A DNA stretch of 63,276 nt, counting the filler, from Octopus bimaculoides (taxonomy: Eukaryota), in the NCBI RefSeq assembly GCF_001194135.2. It is 9 parts of 9 records of this genome, joined end to end, with 100 filler letters (N's around TTAATTAATTAA, not from the genome) between each part and the next. Parts side by side here need not be neighbours in the genome. Positions count along the whole stretch, not along the records: positions 23,224 to 30,705 come from NC_068990.1; positions 30,806 to 36,656 come from NC_068992.1; positions 36,757 to 40,851 come from NC_069000.1; 6 more parts are not named here. One strand, given 5' to 3'. The notes under the pieces are model-generated. The model made no database searches, was not told the origin of the DNA, and saw only the letters and a program-made list of their open reading frames with translations. Shown in pieces: positions 26,767 through 39,955 of the stretch. Made by a program: the position numbers and the translations under genes. Numbering within the stretch: the stretch's first letter is position 1; every line of letters starts with the position of its first letter.

Positions 26767-26962
26767 GTGTGTGTGTGTCTAGCATTGCTTGACAACCGAT
26801 GCTGGTGTGTTTATGAACCCGTCACTTAGCGATTCGGCACAAGTGACCGATAGAATAAGTACTAGGCTTACAAAGAATAAGTCCCGGGGTCGATATGCTC
26901 GACTAAAGGCGGTGCTCCAGCACGGCCGCAGTCAAATGACTGAAACAAGTAAAAGAGTAAAA
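26767..26962 (+). mobile_element. SINE family A, 3' half
   Basis: Close match to the family A 3' half. Further fragments at ~27000-27305. Confidence 0.85.
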
Positions 26963-26973
26963 GAGTATATATA

Positions 26974-27006
<33 letters not shown>

Positions 27007-27357
27007 TTGTGTGTCTGTGTTTGTCCCTCACATTCGCTTGACAAATGATGTTAGTGTGTTTACGTCCTCGTTCCCTAGAAGTGCTCCAGCATGACCGCAT
27101 TCAAATGACTGAAACAAGCAAAAGAATACATATACATATTTACGACGGGCTTCTTTCAGTTTCCGTCTTCCAAATCCACTCACAAGGCTTTGGTCGGTCA
27201 AAGGATACAGTAAGTGACACTTGCCGAAGATGCCACGCAGTGAAACTGAACTCGGAATCATGTGATTGGGAGGCAAACTTCTTACCACACAACCGCGCAT
27301 GCGTATTTTCTCTTATCCATACCATAGTGATTTTGTACCCAAGTAAAGCAAACATGT

Positions 27358-27575
27358 ATTTTTTCTACTCTAGTTGCCAGGCCCGAAATTTTGAAGGAGG
27401 AGGCCAGTTGATTAGATCGATCCCAGTACATAACTGGTACTTAATATATCGACCCCGAAAGGATGAAAAGCAAAGTCGACCTCGGCGGAATTTGAACTCA
27501 GAACGTCAATACAGACGAAATATCAGGAAGCATTTCGCCCGGCGTGCTAACGTTTCTGCCAGCTCGCCGCCTTAA
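27358..27575 (-). mobile_element. SINE family B, full length (other - copies at ~1830-1990, 12820-13010, 28050-28210, 62780-63000)
   Basis: Reverse complement of the family B consensus, ending ...CCAGCTCGCCGCC. Confidence 0.9.
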
Positions 27576-28794
27576 AACAAGCATGTAGTATGAAAGAAAA
27601 AGCACCGATGTGGCTTTATATGAGTGTTGTAGAAAAGAAGCTTACGAAGTTAGGTTTGTCAAAAGTTTTTTTGGACTCATAATCCTAGGCTTGTTAAGAG
27701 TCCCAGGACTCATAGTGCCGTAGCTTTGCTCCATTTCCATATCGTCTAAGCGACTGGGACTACAATATTTCCCCACCCCATTTCACGATGCTAGTCCATC
27801 GCAGGATTAACTTTCTAACTGTTCCTGGAACTAATTTACGACTGACTGAACTGGAACAATGTAATATGAAGTGTTTTGCTCAAGAACAAGACGCACTACC
27901 CGCTCTGAGAATCGAAACCATGATCCCACTCGCTATCGTGAATGCAACACCATAATAACCAAGGCCACGTACTTTTACGGCATAGAGTGGGTGTAACACT
28001 GGTTTCGAATTTTAACTCAAGACTAGTATTTTCGTGGGAGAAAGTGGGTCGATTGAATCGACCTCAGTGTTCAACTAGTGCTTATCTTACCAACCCCAAG
28101 AGAATGACACGTAAAGTCGACCTCAGTGGAAGTTGAACTTAAAACGTAAAGACGGCGAAATTCCGATAAGTATTTGACACGGTATGCTAATGATTCAGCC
28201 AGTTCATCGTCTTAGAGAGTAGGAATGATATTAAATTCACAGTGAGTTCAAATTCCGCCGAAGTCGACTTTTTCATTCGTCTTTTCGGGGTCGATTAAAT
28301 AAGTACCAGTTATGCACTGGAGTCGATGTAATCGACTTAATCTCTTTGTCTGTCCTTGTTTGTCCCATCAATATTTAGCCCCTTCTGGGCAATAAAGAAA
28401 TAGATATTAAATTCACAGAGGTCTTCGGCCAAAATTTGAAACCAATTTAAAATTTGCAGAAAAATATCAGATTCAGGAATCTTGTTTCGAATCGCAGTCG
28501 ACCGTAAATCAACTTTACTTATGACACAAAATATACCTTCGGAAAAAGCAAGAATTTTCATGTCACATTTATTCAACGTTACTTCCTCTATATAACATAG
28601 GGTCTTTGTGTCTCGTGAAAAAGAAAATAATGTTTAGGGAAATATCTGGACAAAATTCCTATAACATTCAGGGAGAGAGAGAAAGACTCTTCCGCTTTTC
28701 TAGAAAAAGTCGAGTAAAAAGCTTTAGAGAGTTAAGCTATTATTTAATTTTTCATTCCGGTAAAATCGCTTGTTGTTATTATCATTACTACTAC

Positions 28795-28831
<37 letters not shown>

Positions 28832-29271
28832 GGTCGGACGAAATAACATTTGAAGAGATCTTTTAAAGAAAAGCAGAACGAGAAGAAATTTGTACTTTAT
28901 AGAAATAATACAACATACAAATAAGCAATTAATGATACAATGGATGCATTGAAATTAAAACGGAAATAGGCAGATCAAGTGAATTAATGTTATTCATAAG
29001 ATACCATTTTGTAATGCTCCTTCAAGTCTATGCGAAAATGTATTCAATAAACACCAGAAAACATGGTTTAGAGAATGCTGCAGTAAAATTTTTATGTACA
29101 TCCGGTTTGCTTTGTATTACTACGTGCCTTGCATTCTTGTTTAACAAACAGCAAAACTAATCAAGATAAATTAGTTCATATGTTCTTTGACTCCCAGCAT
29201 GTTATTCATAATGAACAAATAAGCATATGTATGTATGTATGTATGTATGTGTGTATGTATGTGCATATATG

Positions 29272-29372
<101 letters not shown>

Positions 29373-30017
29373 ATACATATATACATACATACATACATAC
29401 ACACACAATATATATATATGTATGTATATATATATATATATATATATATAGTATATTAAAACTGATAAGACAGTAATTTTCAGAATGCGAAGCAAAACAC
29501 ACAAACCACATGAGAGTATATATATACACACACGTGCACACACACACGTATATTTTAACGAAAGTGCTGAGATAGCGTGTGTGTAAGTCATTATAAATAT
29601 ATTTACCTTCCTACATGTAACAAACACACATATAATCTCGCTGTTTGAATAGAAACCTCTCACAGTCATGTCTAGCCTTAATCTAGTTTTGAAAGAGATT
29701 CAACATTGCACAGAATACGACATCGCTGGGCCTTTTTAAATACAGGTATTACCGCCAGGAACCGAACTCGTGATCTTAAGATCGTGAGCTTAACACCCTA
29801 ACCTCTACACCACGTGCTTTTACGATGATATTGATAATATCTATGGGAATTAGTAAAAGAATTACACATAACTATTTAACTAATCAAGAGCTATTTTAAA
29901 ATTCACATAGCTCTGGCTTCAGTTCCACTGCGTGTAACCCTGGCTAAGTGCTGGTGGACAAACACACACAAACACACACATATATGCACACAGATACACA
30001 CACATATGCTTATACAT

Positions 30018-30048
<31 letters not shown>

Positions 30049-30085
30049 TAGGTTTCAACCAAGTGGCTGTGGTCATGCTGGCGCA

Positions 30086-30130
<45 letters not shown>

Positions 30131-30198
30131 NNNNNNNNNNTATCTATATGTATGTATATATATGTGTGTGTGTGTGTATGCATGTATGTATTTATAGT

Positions 30199-30285
30199 TT
30201 AGGACAATCAGTAAATTGTCATAATAGTACTGTACTCGGTGTTTCAGATGCCGGAGCTATTATGACACCTTACTGATTGTCCTAA
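30199..30285. repeat. 87-nt hairpin with 29-bp arms
   Basis: TTAGGACAATCAGTAAATTGTCATAATAG (30199-30227) versus the reverse complement of 30257-30285: 2 mismatches. Confidence 0.9.
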
Positions 30286-30349
30286 GCAATACATATATGA
30301 ATAATTCTCTATTTACCTAATATCGACGTCTCATTCTTTTGTTGCCTCT

Positions 30350-30705
30350 TTATTATTATTATTATTATTATTATGTTTTTTTTTTCTTCTTTCTTCAAAT
30401 TTTTTCCCATTTCTCGCCGAGTGTTTTCCGTACACCTAGGGCAGAGAAACGTTGTATGCATTCCCAATTTACACACGCAAATTCATAGGTAAAACATGTA
30501 TTTAAGAAAAAAAAATCATGAATGGATGTTGTTTTCACAGCGATAATGCTCTTCTTAGTACATGAGTCGTTCCAGTTAGCACGATTTTTTGCACCTCCTG
30601 TAGAGATGGTAAGCCTGGTATCATTTTCAAATAGATTTCAGTACCTTTTTTTTTTCATTCCTAGAGATCCTACAATCACTGGTATGGTAGTCGCCTTGAG
30701 GTGCC
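30350..30705 (-). mobile_element. R4/Dong-like (RLE) LINE 3' end with (TAA)n tail
   Basis: Minus strand HLKATTIPVIVGSLGM...YLKMIPGLPSLQEVQKIVLTGTTHVLRRALSL*, then a 3' UTR and (TAA)n. Confidence 0.75.
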
Positions 30706-30920
30706 NNNNNNNNNNNNNNNNNNNNNNNNNNNNNNNNNNNNNNNNNNNNTTAATTAATTAANNNNNNNNNNNNNNNNNNNNNNNNNNNNNNNNNNNNNNN
30801 NNNNNTATATATATGTATATATATGTATGTATGTATATATGTATATATATATGTATGTATGTATATATGTATGTATCTATCTATGCATGTATGATTGCCT
30901 ACGCTTTTATATAATTACTC

Positions 30921-30952
<32 letters not shown>

Positions 30953-31290
30953 TTCTCTCTCTCTTCTGTCCAGTTCCTTCTGCCATGTGAAAGGTCCTTG
31001 ATGCTATAGAATATAAACAATGAAAATTCTATTTGTTTTGTCTTACAAACCTATCCACGCACCTGACTGTATCTCATCAATGTATGTATAAGTTTCTGAC
31101 GCTGTTGTATATATTTATATGTGCACTCTCCTTCACAAATTACTTAATATGAATTATTCAGTGTAATTAAAGCTTTTCTAACACCATCCCGTCTTGCGTG
31201 CATGCAACTGTGCATTTAAGTATGAATAAATAAGCACATATATATATTCATATATATGCATATATATATGTATGTATATATATATATGTA

Positions 31291-31336
<46 letters not shown>

Positions 31337-32268
31337 CATACAAATATATGTACACATTCTGACATGCATATTTATATATAATTGCCTCAGTGACATCCTT
31401 GTCTGGCATCCCCAGGACATTTGCCAATATTTCTATTCTTATTATTGCCAACGTCTAGAATTTATTTCCCAGCTACTTGGTGACGTTTTCGCAAAAACAT
31501 TTTCGTATTGTCTGCCAAGATTCAATCAACAGGTAATTATGTCGCTCAGAATCGTCTTCAAAGGGATTTTTTTTCTTTTGTTTTTCAGGCATAGCTGCAT
31601 AAAATAATATGAATAGCTGAACAAGAAATAAACAATTCGAGTTTATGAGAAATATCATTTGTATTGTTTCTAATTCCTTGTTCTGCTAAGAAATTTGCAA
31701 GCATTTAAAATCTCGTATAGACTCAAGAATGCCTGTGTAGTTTAGAAACTCGTTTTCTATCTACGTGGTTTATGGTTCAGTCCCATTGGGCGAGCAAATT
31801 GTCTTTTATTATAACTCTGGGACGACCAAAGCCTCGGGGATGAATTCTGAGTGATGGAAATTGTGGAAGCCCTACGTATATTATATATATTAATGTGTGT
31901 GCGCGCGTGTATTTGTGTGTGTAAGGGCTTTGTGCGTCTTTGCTTGTTTGTTTGTAATCTCTCGCTAGACAACCAGTGTTTGCTTGTGTTTGAGTAGCTT
32001 AGCAGTTCGGCATGGGAGATAGATAAAATACATACCTGACTTGGAAAAAATCAATAGATGTCGAGGTCGGTTTGTTCGATGAAACCTAACGAGGTTCTGC
32101 TCCAGAATGGCTACAGTCTAATGACTGATACAAGTAAAAGATAAAAGAAAAAGAGTAAACAAGCCAAAAGTTGGGTTTGAAACAAGACCCCCAAAAAGAA
32201 AACAGTTAGCAGCAGCAGCAGCAGCGGTATTATCTTCCTCCTCCTCCTCCTCATCATCATCATCATCC

Positions 32269-32308
<40 letters not shown>

Positions 32309-32362
32309 TATCATCATCATCACCATCATTATCATTATTATTGTTGTTGTTGTTGTTGTTGT

Positions 32363-32502
32363 TCTTCGTCTATTTCCAGGTCTTTGTATTTTGAAAGTTT
32401 TTCCATTTCTTTTAGAGAAACGTTGTCATCTGCTGGTATTGATACATCAATTAGAAAGCATTTTTTTTCTTCATGATCTTTGACAACTATATCTGGTCTA
32501 TT
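32363..32502 (-). mobile_element. R4/NeSL-like LINE restriction-like endonuclease fragment
   Basis: NRPDIVVKDHEEKKCFLIDVSIPADDNVSLKEMEKLSKYKDLEI carries the RPD...D...EK..KY (PD-D/ExK) RLE signature. Confidence 0.85.
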
Positions 32503-32793
32503 NNNNNNNNNNNNNNNNNNNNNNNNNNNNNNNNNNNNNNNNNNNNNNNNNNNNNNNNNNNNNNNNNNNNNNNNNNNNNNNNNNNNNNNNNNNNNNNNNN
32601 NNNNNNNNNNNNNNNNNNNNNNNNNNNNNNNNNNNNNNNNNNNNNNNNNNNNNNNNNNNNNNNNNNNNNNNNNNNNNNNNNNNNNNNNNNNNNNNNNNNN
32701 NNNNNNNNNNNNNNNNNNNNNNNNNNNNNNNNNNNNNNNNNNNNNNNNNNNNNNNNNNNNNNNNNNNNNNNNNNNNNNNNNNNNNNNNNNNNN

Positions 32794-32832
<39 letters not shown>

Positions 32833-32836
32833 GGTG

Positions 32837-32876
<40 letters not shown>

Positions 32877-33579
32877 CAATGCATTCATAATTGTTTGGAA
32901 ATATGACAGAATGCCTTCCAGATGTGAACATCATGACTTTTTGGAGAAAAACTATCTAGTATTTCATTATCAATGTATGTCTTTTTGTTAACGTATCAAA
33001 TAAAATGTATGTATATGTATGTTTGTGTGTATGTGTGTGTGTGTGTGTGTGAGTGTGTTTGTGTATACTACTAATGGTCACACCTTAATACTAACATTAC
33101 CAGCAACGAACAAGATCTGTCTAACATTGCTTAAATAGTTACTATTACGCCACCACTGCGTAAAGAAAAAAACAACCTACCAGCTCCATGTCAATTTGCA
33201 AGAAATACATGCTAGCTGCTAGAACTGATATCATGGAATATTTAATCATTTCAATGCATTCCCCTTTCTCTTACAGCATGGTGAAGATCTCGTAAAAAAG
33301 ATTGAAACCGGTAGCATAGTTTGATAATTATTTTCCTTCTGTTGAGTATGGTGTAATTTGCCTGCTTTGAAAATGTAAAAACGATTACACGATTAATAAA
33401 TAATTTGGTTATTGTTACAACCCTTGTTAAGTGATCAAGTGAATGTGTATATCTTTTACCTGAATTCAGAGGGTTGGCAGCGGATTTGATTATTTAATAT
33501 ATATTTCTATTGAATTTGCAGGAAAACTCTCTCTTTGCATTCGACACATATTTAATTCTATTAACATAACAGTCCGTAA

Positions 33580-34015
33580 GACAGCAAGCTGGTAGAATCG
33601 TTACCGCGCTGGACAACATGCTTGGCGGTATTTATTCCGTCTGTCTTTACATTCTGAGTTGAAATTCCGCCGAGGTCGACTCTGTCTTTCATTCTTTCGG
33701 GAATTGATAAACTAAGTCACAGTAGAATACTGGGGTCGATGTAATTGACTTATTCCTTTCCCACAAAACTTCTGGCCTTTTGTCAAAAATTGAAATCAAT
33801 ATCATAATAGTGCATCAGCGGCGAGTTGGCAAAATCGTTAGCACGCCGGACAAAATGCTTAGAGACATTTCGTCCGTCTTTACGTTCTGAGGTGAAATTC
33901 CTCCGAGGTCGACCTTGCCTTTCATATTTTCGGTGTCGACAAAAAGAAGTACCAGTAGTGCACTGGAGTCGATGTAATTGACTTTCTACTTTCCCCGAAG
34001 TTGCCAGCCTTGTGT
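33580..34015 (+). mobile_element. Two tandem SINE family B copies
   Basis: Copies at ~33580-33795 and ~33815-34015. Confidence 0.85.
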
Positions 34016-34705
34016 TTTAAAATATTATAATAGTGCATACATCATTTTTCCAATGAAATATTAGTTTTCTTTCGTCGACCATTTTCATTATAAAGATGCG
34101 ATATATAACGTTCACGATATTTCAGCCCCTTACAATAATCTTGGTAACGTGATTCCGATAATACCGAAGCTTAAACAGTTTTAATGGACTTTAAAAATAA
34201 ACCTGACACTAGAACTCTCCACATGTATCTGGGAAACAGTTTTCTTTATACTCATAGGTGTATATGTTTGTGTGGGTGGTGCATGAATGTGTATTAAAAA
34301 TTTGTGGTTTAAGTCTGCATTACTGAAAATGTCACATATATAAATATTTCCTGATCAATTTGATTCTCTTATTCTTAATGGCAACGCAGCAAGGAATTCT
34401 AAAGAAACCTCTTTACCGTTGCATGATGTACAAAGTATTTAGTATCTGCTACTTGGTGTCAGATGGTAGAGATTATGTCTATTAATAGATATGACTGCAG
34501 ATGCTAGTTAATAAAAAATTCGATAATATACGTTGGTGTATTCATTTGTAGTTGCATTAGAAGTTCCACTATAATTCAGGTAAAGTTTCAGTAAAGTTAT
34601 CAAACAGTGCTGTCAATTCGTATCCTAGAATTAACGAATGGTGAGCTGTGGATGACAGTCGTATGAGCGTTGATTAGTCTTGTCAAGGAATGCAGCATAC
34701 GGATA

Positions 34706-35603
34706 TGAAGTCTGATCAAAACGTATTGGAGATTTTGACATAGTAACGGAGCACAGGGTGAAGTCACTTTGCACAGATTGACATTGAACTCTGTTGCGCA
34801 TGCACACTAAATTATATCGTTTTCGGTCACTTCCGTTGTTTATAGTAGTGCTATATCGTGTGGCTGCTTAACCGATAAATTTGAGCAGAGAATCTGCATG
34901 AAACCTTGCCTAAAGCTTGGTGGTACTTGTTCTGAGACTAATGCAAAATAGCAGAAAGTGTATGAGCTGGACACGCGCGTAGGTGGGGTCCAAATATTTC
35001 CAAGATGGCCAAACAAATGTCGATAGTGGCGCACGTTCCAGGAGACCAGTAAACAGCAGAATTAATGAAAACATCGCATTGTTCAACATTAGTATGCTCC
35101 ACCAGGTCGGACAGTAAACAAAGAGTACTGCCGTTACATATTAGGACGCTTTTGGAATGCTGTTCGTTGGAAAAGGACAGACTTGCATGAATCTGGTGCG
35201 TAGCAACTCCACCATGACAACACAAATGTCCATTCAGCACAGATTTTGGCCAAGCACAATGTTTGGCCAAGCACAGTGTTTGGCCAAGCACAACATTCAC
35301 CACGTCTAACAACCACCATATACCCCAGATCTCATCCCGGCGACTTTTTTAGTCTTTCCAAATGCCAAATCCCAATTGAAAGGAAGAATATTTCAAGACA
35401 CTGAGGAGGTCTAAGAGAATGCATGGAGGCAGCTGCCCGTTATCCCCAAAACAAAGGAGTTCCAGGAATGATTCCATCAATGGAAACGATGCTGGATAAA
35501 GTGTGTGGCTTCTGAAGGGGATCATTTCCAAGATGTAATACCGGATTCATGTGTTGTAATCTTTTTATAATAGCAGTACCGATACATTTTGATCAGAACC
35601 TCA
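34706..35603 (+). mobile_element. Internally deleted mariner element with both TIRs and TA TSDs
   Basis: TIRs TA|TGAAGTCTGATCAAAACGTATTGG and CCGATACATTTTGATCAGAACCTCA|TA. Broken transposase peptides: EQRICMKPCLKLG, FQDGQTNVDSGARSRRP, QLHHDN, a PDLIP-like frame, LKGRIFQD, WKRCWIKCVASEGDHF. Confidence 0.85.
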
Positions 35604-35631
35604 TATGTCTTTTATCTCTCTCTTTCTCTCT

Positions 35632-35666
<35 letters not shown>

Positions 35667-35779
35667 ACACGCTCTCTTTCTCTCTAATACTCTCTCTTTC
35701 TCTCTCATTGTATATATTTAGATATATATGTGCGTGCGTGTGTGTGTGTGTGAGAGTGTGTGTGTGTGTGTGTAATATT

Positions 35780-36190
35780 ACAATAGAGGAAAAAACAAAA
35801 TCAAAGGAAGGACGAGTATCTCGTGTCATTTACTATACTTTAATTAGTGTAAGGCGAATTTGAAGTCTTACAGATATTTCTAGGATATCCCAAGTAATAG
35901 GCTAGCATGTCCGAAGATTTCAGATAGTCTGTATTCTTCTATCTACTTATACTCTTTATTCTCCTATTTTATTCCTTATAACCAGTGAATATCCCTGTCT
36001 AGGGCTTTCATACATACTCACCTTGTTTCTGGGGACGGAATCCCCAGTGTACGGTCATGCTAGCCTATCACTTGGGATATCATAGAAACAGCTGTAAGAT
36101 TTCAAATTCACTTTACCCTATTTAAACTATTCTAAATGACTTGAGATACTCATCCTGCTTTGGTTTGTGTTGTCCTTTTCCCTCTAATGT
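35780..36190. mobile_element. Foldback/MITE-like element with long inverted arms
   Basis: 35814-35913 aligns ungapped to the reverse complement of 36052-36151 with 15 mismatches in 100. Weaker similarity extends ~35 bp further out. Confidence 0.75.
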
Positions 36191-36355
36191 TACATATACC
36201 TGGTAACACGGAAGCCTAGTACGGATTCTTAGATCCAGCCTCAGGTGTGAACTTGGAACCTAACGGATGGCCAATTATAGCGCTTATATATGTGATATAT
36301 GTGGGATTCATGTTGTGCTTGTGCATGAGTGTGCGCATACACATACTTACTCACT

Positions 36356-36407
<52 letters not shown>

Positions 36408-36790
36408 TGGAAATAACAGTCCAAAATAAACTTCATTACGTTATATATTTTCATTATTGTACGTCAATATTAAACTAAAAATAATCAATATCCAAAAGTA
36501 TAGTGAAATAATTTTCATTTCTTGTTGCAATTCCACTGTTCCTGCAATTAAATGCTTAATTAATGAACTGAACAAATAAACAATAACTATTAAACTCTAT
36601 GTGTTTATAAATATTTCATTCTGTTAATCTTCCTCAAAAACAACTAGGTCTATTTANNNNNNNNNNNNNNNNNNNNNNNNNNNNNNNNNNNNNNNNNNNN
36701 TTAATTAATTAANNNNNNNNNNNNNNNNNNNNNNNNNNNNNNNNNNNNNNNNNNNNGTGTGTGTGTGTGCGTGTGTGTGTGTGTGTGTGT

Positions 36791-36827
<37 letters not shown>

Positions 36828-38723
36828 ATAGAGAGAAGTAAGAGAAGAGAGAGCGAGAAAGAAAGATATGTAAGAACTTACTGTGGTTACGGCTGCGTGG
36901 CGTTCGATTATAAATAAATAAAATAAAATATACACATTGTGTAGAGGACATCACCAACGAGTGAAAAATACGTTAAACACACGAGGGATAAGTACAGGAC
37001 AAAATACCAAAACATACGCAATATATCAGGAGCCGAGTAAAATGACATCCAACCCGGTAAACGTCTAGAAAAGACAGGGTCAAGAGAAATGGCCTGTTGT
37101 CACGTGTAACAGAGGTAGAGGGGAAGGGGGACAAGAGAGAGGATGAGGGAAAGAAACAAAAGGATTGAGAAGTGAGAAGGAACGACAGATAGTAGGGAGT
37201 GGAAGAAAGACAGGTAGGAGAAGCAAAGAAGGTTATAGTGGGATTAAGAGAAAGAAAGAAAACGGTGTGTAGTCGCAGAAATTGTATATGGATGTAAGAA
37301 CTTACAGTGGTCAAGACTGCGTGGCGTTCGATTATAAATAGATAAAATTAGAAATGCACGTGTGTACGGCACATCACCAATGAGTAAACACCCGAGGGCT
37401 CCCGACAGTTTTTCTTACTATTTTCTTCTCTTCTAATTATTCTATTCTACTATTTTTTCCTCTTCTAATTATTTTATTTCATTGAAAAAATTTCTCCCAG
37501 ACGTTACCCAATACAATTCGTCTCGGCCTAACAGCCCTTAATATTTGTCTTCGTCGATTGTTTCCTCTGTATATTCACACTATTGTTGTTTGTTCATTCG
37601 AAGTTCTAAGTCATCATGAATTTTTAGATTTTGAACATTTCTGGATGCTGCTGTCTTATGAAGTTTCCCTATATGGTCATTAAAAGAACGACAACTGATG
37701 AGGAGTTATTATTTGGGGGGGGGGAGTATTTTGTCCTGTACTTTTCTCACGAGTGTATTTTTTCACTCGTTGGTGATGTCCTGTACACANNNNNNNNNNN
37801 NNNNNNNNNNNNNNNNNNNNNNNNNNNNNNNNNNNNNNNNNNNNNNNNNNNNNNNNNNNNNNNNNNNNNNNNNNNNNNNNNNNNNNNNNNNNNNNNNNNN
37901 NNNNNNNNNNNNNNNNNNNNNNNNNNNNNNNNNNNNNNNNNNNNNNNNNNNNNNNNNNNNNNNNNNNNNNNNNNNNNNNNNNNNNNNNNNNNNNNNNNNN
38001 NNNNNNNNNNNNNNNNNNNNNNNNNNNNNNNNNNNNNNNNNNNNNNNNNNNNNNNNNNNNNNNNNNNNNNNNNNNNNNNNNNNNNNNNNNNNNNNNNNNN
38101 NNNNNNNNNNNNNNNNNNNNNNNNNNNNNNNNNNNNNNNNNNNNNNNNNNNNNNNNNNNNNNNNNNNNNNNNNNNNNNNNNNNNNNNNNNNNNNNNNNNN
38201 NNNNNNNNNNNNNNNNNNNNNNNNNNNNNNNNNNNNNNNNNNNNNNNNNNNNNNNNNNNNNNNNNNNNNNNNNNNNNNNNNNNNNNNNNNNNNNNNNNNN
38301 NNNNNNNNNNNNNNNNNNNNNNNNNNNNNNNNNNNNNNNNNNNNNNNNNNNNNNNNNNNNNNNNNNNNNNNNNNNNNNNNNNNNNNNNNNCACATATATA
38401 TATAGATATATAAAACAGATGAAGAATTTGAACACAGAGAATGAATATAGGTGAAATGCCGCTAAGCATTTTGTCTGGTGTGCTAATGTTTCTACCTGCC
38501 TCACTGCATTGATACTACTGATAGACCATCCCATTGAAGAGGACGTATGAGCACATTAGATTACTTTCTCCATTCAATAGACGTTGTCTGAACAGGTGCA
38601 ACGGTGTGCCACACGTCATAGTTTGAAGTGATCGCAGGGCAACGTGAGATGAAGTGATTTGCTCAACAACGCAAGGCACCACCCGGTCTAGAAATTGGAA
38701 TCACGATCTAGCCTAACCGCTAT

Positions 38724-38756
<33 letters not shown>

Positions 38757-39649
38757 CCTAAAAAAGGGGTGAAAAATAAAAAAGAAAAGAAAAGAAGACA
38801 TACTTTGGTGTAGCTCTTAATGATATTCTAATGGGCACAGAAGGCAAAACAGAAGGCAAGGGGAAATAACTGCACATGCTCTGTAAGCAAGATAAACTGT
38901 TTCAAGGTCTAAACTTACCTAAACTTCTGAAATATGTCCCATATTGGTGTGACAGAGACGTGTTGTTGCCTATGTAAATGCTGAAATTATGACATCGTGC
39001 TCTATAATAAGAAGAGGAGACGAGGTACAGAAATGAATAAGTTTGCTTTACTCGTGGAATCTCAATATATCACAGTAATGTGTTGTTCATGAAATCCGTG
39101 TTGATGATTTTAATTATTTTATGGTGAGAGAATTCTTACGAGATTTTAGGACATCACAAAAATAACCGTAAATATGAGAACATGAGCAATATTTGTTGCT
39201 AGTATCTCTCATTGCAAAGATGTACTGCACGCAGCTGAAGTAAAATCGAACTGTGTTTCAAGTAGAAAATAATTAATGACAAAACAACTTCTGGTTGTTT
39301 GGCCGGTAAAGAGTCCATAGATAATCCCGCGAAAGCTGTTTCGAGTCGCACTACATTTAAAAACACTGGTTTTATGATCAGTGAATGGTCACGTATGGAA
39401 AAGCAAAGAAGTTCGCTTCTACGTATGCAATTCCAACGACAGCACTGCTGAATTGATACCCTCTGTATATCTGAAAGGTGGATCCGCTATTCGTATGATT
39501 CTTATAACATCTATCTCAGACCAGGAACCGTATCAGATTGTTAAATGGTACTTGTATCTATGGGAGTTACTATAACCTGCGCATAGGTGAGCTCGGCGGC
39601 GGCAGTGTCAACTTCAATAAGCATAGATGACGGAAAAGGCGCATTTTAG

Positions 39650-39955
39650 GACAGAATTGACACTCCGCCGGTTGCGACAAGTGTTCCAGTTGGTCCGACC
39701 GACGGAGCAGCCTGCTCGTGAAATTAACGTGCACATGGCTGAGCACTCCACAACACATGTACCCTTGATGTAGTTCTCTGTGAGATTTAGCGTGACACAA
39801 TATGACAATGCTGGCCCTTTCAAACACAGGTTCTACTCATTTCTACACGCTGAGTAGACTGGGGCAACATGAAATAAAGTATTATGCTAAAGTACTCAAC
39901 ACACCGCCGGGAATCGAACGCACGACCACACAGGCGTGAGCTGAATGCTCATAGC
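39650..39955 (-). mobile_element. SINE family C
   Basis: Reverse complement of 15665-15978 over most of its length. Confidence 0.85.

Noticed and set aside
33277-33310. Exon-like segment HGEDLVKKIET with a good acceptor
   Set aside because: Phase 0 to 1 does not fit the phase-1 CCP intron, and there is no homology.
39267-39449. About 60-codon open frames at 39267-39449 and ~40997-41148
   Set aside because: No recognisable homology and weak splice signals. This length is expected by chance.
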